Shown one piece after another: positions 52,241-64,000 of a stretch of 64,000 bases of DNA. This DNA comes from the human T2T-CHM13v2.0 reference genome, Homo sapiens. The position numbers were made by a program, and so were the translations under genes. Numbering within the stretch: position 1 is the stretch's first letter; each line of letters starts with the position of its first letter. The notes beneath the pieces are model-generated. The model made no database searches, was not told the origin of the DNA, and was given only the letters and a program-made list of their open reading frames with translations. The stretch is taken from the NCBI RefSeq assembly GCF_009914755.1, contig NC_060939.1; one strand, given 5' to 3'.

Positions 52241-52328
52241 ACTGCTATACAAAAACACAACCCATTCATATTTTATGTGAACTTGAATATGGTAATTTGA
52301 AATCACATAATAAACATGTATAAATTGA

Positions 52329-52625
<297 letters not shown>

Positions 52626-52745
52626 TGAATCACTCTTTATGCACAAAATTTAAAATGATACAAATGTTTCCAAATGAAAAAAAGTAAAAAATCTCCTAAT
52701 TTTGAAGTCACCTGGTTGAGTGAATTGTAAACTGTGTGACGCTAA

Positions 52746-52763
52746 TGCCACATGGTGGCGCCA
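52746..52763 (+). promoter_or_regulatory. Candidate CTCF site
   Basis: TGCCACATGGTGGCGCCA matches 13/15 of CCASYAGRKGGCRSY. Confidence 0.45.
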
Positions 52764-53842
52764 CTTCAACGAGGAAATAAATACCAACTACCCTTTATCA
52801 GCTCTATGGGAAAACCACAGTCTTTAACTACGCTTGAGAATAACCTTTAAATACAATGTAAGCCCTAAGAAGTTGGCTTCTTACTTACTGTAGCCTGGAT
52901 CAGACTGTCTGGGTTCACTTCAGATGAAAGATGTTAGCTTCTTATGTTATCCTCACGGTGACTTTGAGTGACATATTAATTTCAAAGTTTACTTTCAAAA
53001 AGGCAAGGATTTGGGAGACAAAATGGCTAGGACATTTGGTAATTGAGCAGTAACTGAATACTTTTTACTTCTACCACCACATCTCAACCAGACCTTGCCT
53101 GTGAAATACACAGATAAAAATCGTACCACACCTGGTGCCCCCTTTTTGGGGAATGATGCAAATTGTTTCAAATTGGACAGTGGACTCTCCAGGTACTTTT
53201 TGTTGCTGTAAGACCCACATTGTTTATTTTATTAATATCTTATCTCAATGTAAATGTACTATATGCATTTTATTACCAGTTAAAGAAGATTGTAATCAAT
53301 TTTCACGTGATGTATGTGTGTGTATACGTACATTTAATACATCCTTTAAAATATTAGGAATATTGTGGAATGTTATTAAACCAGGGTGGGATATTACTAA
53401 AAAAATAAAACTAGCAGACCCTTAGTGAATGTTTTTCCACTTGGAAAGTTTATGGCTATAAAGCTAAGAGTACTACTTGCTAGAGCATGAGAATAACTAA
53501 AAAGACTTACCCAAAGCATCGTTTCATCAAGAAATGAAATCTGGACAGTCTTTCTATTGCAAAGGGATCAAAACATATTGAAGTCATAATTTACTGAACT
53601 AATAATCATTTTACTATAAGTTCAAGGCAAAAGTGAATTCCTCATAAGAAAATAAGTTTATCTCATATCATTTAAGAACTGTCAGTTTATTCACAGGCCA
53701 GTGTTAATATACATGCCAATATACTAGAAATATACACCTAATAAAACTGGAGGTTACAGTAAGTCATTAATTAAGACTGGTGGCTTTGGCAAACCATCTG
53801 AATTAACTTTACAGACTCATATCAAAAGTGTTCTCTAATAGT

Positions 53843-54188
53843 TGGAGCTGAGGCTGGATTCCAGCTTCATCCCTCCTGGACCCCCTGAACTTTTTTTATT
53901 TGAAGAGGGCTATCTGCCTATTCCAGACTTTATTTCCCTGGAAACAAAAAAGAATATGCACAAATCACTGTATTTTGGATTTGAATATTATATTTAAAAA
54001 ATGTATTTAAGGCCGGGCACGGTGGCTCATGCCTGTAATCCCAGCACTTTGGGAGGCCGAGGAGGGTGGATCACCTGAGGTCGGGAGTTCGAGAGCAGCC
54101 TGGCCAACATGGAGAAACCCTGTCTCTACTAAAAATGCAAAAATTAGCCAGGCGTGGCGGCTCATTCCTGTAATCCCAGCTACTTGGG
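53843..54188 (+). repeat. Duplicated 346-bp segment, copy A (168 bp unique plus the Alu 5' half)
   Basis: Colinear with 55542-55887. Confidence 0.95.
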
Positions 54189-54564
54189 TTTCTTTGAAAG
54201 GGTAGCTCACAGAATAAAGTAACATTCACTGACCAAAAACTATCTATAAATATCAAAGCATGTATATTAAAATGTCTTCCCTAAAGCCCTAGGCTCTGTT
54301 TTGTTGGCACCATTTCATGCACTGTAAATGGAAGGTGAATGCCCATTAAGGAGAATAAAGGAAAAGTGAGTGCTCCTTGTTCTCTTATTTGACCTCCAGC
54401 AGGTCAAGGAAGACAGATGATGGGATGGCGCTAAAAAGGCAGCCCCATTATTGAGAGATGAGAGAGCAGCAGCATTTACAGAGGAATTACCGTGAGCACA
54501 TATGGGGACCAGTGCCCAGGAGAAGAAACTTGGCAGAATGATTCTGAACACAAACACTGAAGCC

Positions 54565-54745
54565 AAACTGCTTGGGGTTCTATCCTGCCCCTACCACTGT
54601 ATGATCTCAGACACATTACTTAACCTCTCTGTGTCTCAGTTCCCTTGCCTGTAAAATGGGGAGAACCTACCTCAGAGGGCTGTTGTGAGGATTCAATGCA
54701 TCAATGTGTGGAAAGCACTTAGAACAGTATTTGGCACAATTTACT
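54565..54745 (+). mobile_element. MIR
   Basis: ttacttaacctctctgtgtctcagttccc...tgtaaaatgggga...gttgtgaggatt. Confidence 0.85.
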
Positions 54746-55541
54746 CATTGAAAAAAAAATAGGTTTTACCATAGTGTTCTTCAGTTCCCTTAATGGCTAC
54801 AGTGAAGTCTACATCCTGACTCTACATCTGTAAAGTTACCTTTGAAAACTGCAAGTGAATGCTTGTCAACCTCCTGCATGCAGGATCATGTTGAAACTCT
54901 TTGGCCAAGTACAGAGAACTTTTACAACTTCTTCCTTCTGCCTTCCCAGTTCTTGAACCCTAACTCCACAGCCCCCACATTCCAGACACACAAAACGATT
55001 TACTCTTCCCCAAATCCGGCAGGTTCCATGCCTCCAAACTTTGCTTATGCCGGTCCTTCTTCCTGAAATATCCTTTCCTCCTTGTCTAGCTAGTGAAACC
55101 CATCTAGGCCTAGTTCAAATGCTGCATCCTCTAAAAGGCCTCCTGAACCACTCCTCTGCCTGTCTGCCTGTCCCTCCTCCCATAGCATCACCCCATACTG
55201 AGGAATAAATCATTGTCACTTCTGTACTCTCATAGAAACTTAAATGTCATTATACTACATATAGCTCTAGATTACAAATGTCTAGAGGTCATCTGTTTCC
55301 CCAAACATCTGGTAAATAACTATTTGTGGCATGCAAGTTGTTTATAATGTTTTAGTACACAGGATCACTTTCAGTGCAGCCTCATCTTCTGCCTTTAACT
55401 ATTCCCACCCCAGGTTCTGATCTCCTGAAGAGACCTAGGTTTTCTAATTAAGTCTTTATCTGGGATCACATTAATTTGCCCAGACACCATGGCCAGAGCA
55501 GCCCAAGCCACTCCTTCCTGATAATTAGGAGCGGGTGGTAC

Positions 55542-56428
<887 letters not shown>

Positions 56429-57419
56429 TCAGGATGGGTAGTTTTGTTTTTTTCTTTTGAATCTCCGTAACATTTTGAATCTATAATACTTCAACATTTC
56501 CGATCAGCAGAGACCCTGAGTAGCAAAATAAAAAAAATTATTAGAAGATGTGTTTGTTAGTCATGAATATGGAAACTAATGAAGTACCCTGGGCGGTCAA
56601 TGTGTTCTGAACTCTTAAGTAAGAACTACTTTGGAGGGTGAACAAATGAGGGGCTGATATATCTCAGTTATTTGTAAAATGCCTCTCCTACTCCCTACTG
56701 TTAGGAATAGGGTGTGGGACATTATTATGGACAGAAGGACAGAAAAGAGCCATCTAAGGTGTGTAAGTGATAGCATGAAAACACAATGGTGCCTCTTACA
56801 TAATTTTAGGAGGGAGGATGTGTGAATTGACCCTCGTGCCCACTTCCAGCAAATGGGCCAATGTGCTATCCTATGCAAAAGTGCTGGAAGCCAGTGTTTA
56901 AGACTTTAGTTCTGAATGACTTTTTGTCATTGGGTACATCTGACATGATCTTTATTAAACACATACAGTGTTTTAAGGTAAAGGGAGAGTGTGGGCATTC
57001 AAAGCATTCTCTAGCCGTTGTCCTCCCTGGAGCAGTGAAATGGAAATGAATGGCCTCCCGGAAGGTTTCTGTGCCTGTCTTCACCCTACTTCATACCCCG
57101 CCCTACCAACTCTACTTTTAGCTATAAAATGGTTTTGTTGAAGACAAATTTTGGCATTAGAATTTAGTTTGCGTTTAAATCTTATTTTACTTAACACACC
57201 TAACTTTTTCCCTGAGTTGTGCTATAAAAAGAAGGCAGGACACAATACTTATATGCACTGTTTTGTGAGATGGACTGTCTCACACAAGCCTTCAAGGTGG
57301 AAGGTGTTCTTCCCATCACACATACAAGGAAACCATGTTTCCCAGTCATTGTGCAGCTACATGCTGTGGAGCAAGGATTAAGACCCTTGTCTGTCTGTGG
57401 CCAAGTCTCCTTCTACTAT

Positions 57420-58006
57420 TCTAGGGGCTGGAAAACTATGATTCGTGGACTGCCTCCTGTTTTTGTAGAGTTTTACCAGGACACAGTCACGCACATTCAT
57501 TTACCTATTGTCTATGGCTGCCTTTATGCTATAATGGCAAAACTGAATGGTTACTTTATTAGTCTGTTTTCACACTGCTATAAAGAACTACCTGAGACTG
57601 GGTAATTTATAAAGAAAAGAGGTTTCATTGACTCACATTTATGCATGGCTGTGGAGGCTTCAGGAAACAGTTACGGTGTAACGTGAAGGGGAAGCAAGGT
57701 GCCTTCTTCACAAGGTGGCTGGAGGGAGAATGAACACGGAGGAACTACCAAACACTTATAAAATCATCAGACCTCATGAAAGCTCACTGACTATCACGAG
57801 AACAGATTGGGGGAATCTGCCACCATGATTCAATTACCTCCACCTGGTCTCTCCCTTGACAGGTGGAGATTATGAGGGTTATAATTCAAGATGAGATTTG
57901 GGTGGGGGCATAAAGCCTAACCATATCATTTGCAGAAGGATGTAAAGCCCAGAAGTCTAAAATATTTACCATCTAGCCCTTTATAGGGAAAGCTGGCTGA
58001 TTCTTG
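57420..58006. mobile_element. MER58-like hAT DNA transposon interrupted by a THE1 LTR
   Basis: cattcatttacctattgtctatggctgc on the left; ctaaaatatttaccatctagccctttat on the right. Confidence 0.7.
57556..57928 (-). mobile_element. THE1-family solo LTR (MaLR)
   Basis: tattagtctgttttcacactgctataaag...gagatttgggtgggg...aaccatatca. Confidence 0.88.
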
Positions 58007-58229
58007 ACAGAACACCATTTCTAAGAAGCCGTCATTTGTATATTTTAAAAACAATATATGAGAACAAGAAACTAGTGAGGTTTTCTCTTTCCAAAATTGC
58101 CTTTCCCATCCCAATTTCAATAAACTCTGGCTAAAAATTTCAGAACACTAGAAGGTAACAAAGAAGGAAATCTTAATCACTGAGTATCCTGCTATCCAGA
58201 GATAGCCATGGCTTTCTTTCAAATTGTTT

Positions 58230-58549
58230 TCTTTTCTCTTTTTCTTTTATTTTGAGACTGTGTCTTGCTCTGGCTCTGTTGCCCAGGCTGGAATGCAGTG
58301 GCATGATCATGGGCTCACTTCAGCCTCAAACTTTTGGGTTCAGAAGATCCTCCCATGTTGGTCTGGCAAGTAGCTAGGACTGTGGGCTTGTACCACCATG
58401 CCTAGCTAATTTTTTATCATTTTATTTTTTGTAGAGATGGGGTCTTGCTATGTTGCCCAGGCTGGTTTCAAACTCCTGGCCTCAAGTGATCTTCCTGCCT
58501 CAGCCTCTCCAAGTGCTGGGATTATAGGTGTAAGCCACCCTGTCTGGCC
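58230..58549 (-). mobile_element. Alu (AluJ-like)
   Basis: Consensus. Confidence 0.87.
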
Positions 58550-59344
58550 CAAAGCTTTTTTCTATGTGCTTATATGTACATGGAATTTTTTTCCCCAAAA
58601 TGAAATAATATTGTATGTGCTGCTTTGTTAATGGATTTTTCACTTAGTATATTTTGTACATTTTCCCATGTGAACAACTATATATTTATATCATTTTAAT
58701 GACTCTTTATTTGATTTTTAAATTTTCCCATAATTTATTTAGCTGGTGAGTTTTTATTTATTTGCAGAAAGGAGGAACTCGACAAACTGCTTACTGCTAG
58801 AATAAGTTATAAGTAGAACACAATCTGAAATTATTCTGAAATGCTTCTTAATTATGGTAAAATCGTAGGTTTATTTGTAACTTAATATAGTGTTGGGCTA
58901 ATTTGAATGCAGATGTATCTTGAGAAATGAATGGTATTTCACCCTGTACTCTAGAAATTATGAGGACTATTTGAATATTTTCCAGCGATCCATGTTAAAG
59001 TGAGCATTTTATATCTGAAGCCAGTGCCATTGATATATTGCTGGTTCCATGCGTGGATATTTTACATCTTTTGTTACATTAAAAGGGAGGCAAGCATGCA
59101 GTTTGATAACATGGCATAATTAGGTTGTTATGCCAAATAACAGCCATATCTACACTAGCATTTGGCCTGGAATAAGGCAGTATGAATTGTGGAACAGGTG
59201 AATGCTAGAGACTGTCAGATACAAACTCTTCATTTTACAAATGGGGAAATGGAGCTCAGAGGGCTGAGTTCTAGAACAGTGCTCTTTTCACCATTAAGTG
59301 GTTTTGCAAAGTTTTTAAAATAGCCTTTTCTCCTTTTTAAATGA

Positions 59345-59948
<604 letters not shown>

Positions 59949-60854
59949 TAAATGCATAAAAGCCTTTGTTTCAGGTAGACCTAGTCTTAAAGGTCAGAAA
60001 AAAGACATATTCCAGTGATATTGTTCCAGCTTCAGAGCAGCACTCTGGCAATGACTATTATGTTAATGGTGAAATATATTCAATAAAACATTGATTTTTG
60101 CTATTCAATGGCACTTTGCCACAAGGGTGATCATAGAGCCAGTAGATCACAAAAAATTTACTATAATTTTAGGGACATTTTTATTCCAACATTTTATGAA
60201 AGGTGAACCACTCTATTACCTAATTCAGTGGCATATATAAAAATTATTAAAACCCATCTAGATTATTACTTTATTGATATTTCTCACCTGCACATTCTAT
60301 AATATACAATGTTTATCTTGGAATGACAATACCTTGCTGCACAAAAAGAAAATTGAAAACGAGATCTTCTCTAAGAGAAAAGCAAGATCATTATGTAAAC
60401 AGCAGCCGGGTCTCATTCAGAATATGTCACATAAATACCACACCATCAAACAAGAAATGTAAATTATTATACATATGCTGTAATTGAAAATTGTATTATA
60501 CATTAGTGAAGTCACCCATTTATCTAATCACAATCAGTTCCCATAAAATCTCATTTTGAAAAGTTGAGTGCAATTCAGGGGAGGTGGCTATGAGAATTTC
60601 AATCATGGAAATCTAAGTTTGGATTGAGATCTCAGCAAGGTCTGCAAGTCAGTTTTCATTGCTCCTCAGACATGCCTTTCAAATCTTTGAACTTATCTGT
60701 ATGTGAACTGATCAGCCCAGCCTCTCATCTGGGGAGAGGAGATGAGATCAGCCAGCATTCGTGGCCCTGGTTCAAAAACAATGTGCAACACATGGTGCCA
60801 TCTGAATGTTTTTTGGGCTTTCTCACCCCTTTCTGACTAGAACATAGTCACTTA

Positions 60855-62080
60855 CGTTCATTCATTTGTTCACATTTTTTTAATTCAGCAAGTATTTACT
60901 TAGCACCTTATATGTCTAGGCTTTGTGCTATGAACTGACGACACAAAGGGAGCCAAAACACAGTTTCTGCCTTCAAGGTGTTGCCAGTCTAGTGGGGATA
61001 ATAGAAGAACAATTGCACTATTTTATATGCAATTCTAAACTGTGATAGATGCAAAAAAGAAAGACAGAGGGTGCTATGAGAGCAAAGAACACATCTGGTG
61101 CTATGATTTAAACGTCTCCCACAGTTTACGTGTTGGCAACTTAATCCCTAATGCATCAGTGTTGAGAGGTGAGAACTTTAAGAACTGCTTAGGTCTCATG
61201 ACTTTTAAGAGGGTTAGGGCTTGTTATTGTGAGAGTGGGTTTGTTATAAAAATGAGTTTGACCCTGTCTTGCTCGCTTGCACTCTCTTGCCTTTCTGCCT
61301 TCCACCATGGAATGATGCAGCAGGAAGGCCCTCACCAAATGAAAGCCCCTCAACCTTGGACTTCCCAGCCCCTAGAACTGTAAGAAATAAATATCGGTTC
61401 TTCATTAATTACCCAGTCTCAGGTATTTTGTTATGGCTGCATAAAATAAGTTAAGTTATCTAGTTTGTGGGGAGCATTACTCAAGAGTGAATATGGGTGG
61501 GAAAGAGACAAATACCAACTAAAGGTATAAAGACTTAGAGGGGAGAAGAAGCTTGGAGCATAGCAAATGCTTAGACAAAGTTGATATGGCTGGATCCCTG
61601 AACAAGAGGCACTGGACAAGGCTGGAAAGCAGATGAGGTGGGGTAGTTATAGTCTACAAAAGCCATATAGGCCATGCTAAAGATTTTGGATTGTATTGTA
61701 AGTATAATTTTTAGGTTGGGGGCTAGTGGTAGGGAGAGTAGAGCAACGAAATACCTAGTCTGAGTTGCACTTTAAAGAGATCTCTCAAGCTGCAGATGAA
61801 GAACAGATGGAATTGGGGCACCATTGTCATAAGGAGGCCAGTTGAAGGCTGCTGCAGTGCAGGGGAAATATGATGGTAGCTTGCGTGAGGATTGGCAATG
61901 AAGGAAATCAAGAGAAGTGAGTGGATTTAAGAGATGTTTAAGAGTTAAGAACTAGAGATGGATTCGGTGTTGGGGGTGGTAGTGAGGGAGAGAAAAATAT
62001 CAGAGATGCCTCCTGGGCTTGTGGCTTGAATATCTGGATCTATGGAGTTGCAAACTCCTAAGACGGGAAACATGAAGGAG
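60855..62080. mobile_element. L2 remnant interrupted by a MaLR LTR
   Basis: ttcattcatttg...agcaagtatttac; gagaagtgagtggatttaagagatgtt; gatgcctcctgggcttgtggcttgaa. Confidence 0.65.
61098..61455 (+). mobile_element. MST/MLT1A-type MaLR solo LTR
   Basis: tgctatgatttaaacgtctcc...ttggacttcccagcccctagaactgtaagaaataaa...acccagtctcaggtatt. Confidence 0.82.
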
Positions 62081-62460
62081 GGCCAGCAGCCTTACTATGT
62101 CACCCCACATGTTTTCTTTGCTGTATTTACTGCCATAAACAAATGATAAGTTGTGGGCTGTAGCTCTTCCCTATAATGATGACAAATAAAGGGGGCAAAG
62201 CTACCTCCAACACTCTCTGAGATAGCACCATGAATTCCCTTTCTGAATTTATCAATAGAAAATGTGCTAATGGATATTAATATTCAGTCATGGCAAATAT
62301 GAATTCAGTTGTGTTTGAATCTCTCTCCAGCTGCCAGGAGAGCTTCACTATCAACCTCAGACATTCAGTGGATAAAACATAAAGTGTTTTTTAAAATTGC
62401 CCCTATGCGATGTCTTGATTATGCATTCTGATGAAAGAGTTTATTTTTGAAACATTGTGA

Positions 62461-62788
<328 letters not shown>

Positions 62789-62954
62789 CCTTATAATGTA
62801 TTTCAATTTATGGACATCTATGCCTGAAGGCCTCCCAGCATTTTAAAAGAAAACAACCAAGAGAGTAACATAATCAAACAAGGCAATATGCCCAAATAAA
62901 TAAATCCCATAGTTGGCTCATAAATAAACTTCCATACCTGGTACTCAACATTAA

Positions 62955-63671
<717 letters not shown>

Positions 63672-64000
63672 TAGGTGCTTGAATAGAGTCTGGACCCTGG
63701 ACTATTTCACATACATTATTTTCCTCCACAGCTGACACCTATCATGTTGAAGGCTACTGATCATCTTTTCCTAGCCTCACCAACAGAAGCATCAATATGC
63801 CAATTTCCAACCTACCGTGCAGCAAAGATGCCGGCCTGAGAACTAGGCACCACTAATCAGATGTACCAGTAGGAGGATTTCCTTCATCTTAGCCGCTGGA
63901 GAAAAAGGCTTTGTGCAGGGTTTCCATAATTCCTGGTGGAAGGGATGATACAGCTGTCTAGCGTTTGGTGCAGCAGAGGCGACGGAGGTATTTACCCCTG

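Overview
Primate genomic DNA, almost certainly human; the encoded BNIP2 protein matches human as I recall it (15q22.2). Positions 1-17.3 kb hold the 5' part of BNIP2 on the minus strand: a CpG-island promoter, two alternative first exons and exons 2-6, all with GT-AG junctions and a continuous frame. A young, full-length processed PIGH pseudogene with an 18-bp target-site duplication (TSD) sits antisense in intron 5. The remaining ~47 kb is intergenic, dense in Alus with MaLR/ERVL LTRs, L1, L2, MIR and MER fragments. Nearly all other listed ORFs are Alu artefacts. Most notable: (i) the exon-2 leader is stop-free and joins in frame to two ATG-containing first exons and a candidate 66-nt cassette exon, giving possible N-terminally extended BNIP2 proteins; (ii) candidate poison/micro-exons cluster in intron 4; (iii) the PIGH retrocopy junction creates a new ATG; (iv) a 346-bp non-tandem duplication copied half of an Alu. 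I see no convincing wholly new biological system. Repeat boundaries and subfamilies were read by eye and are approximate.
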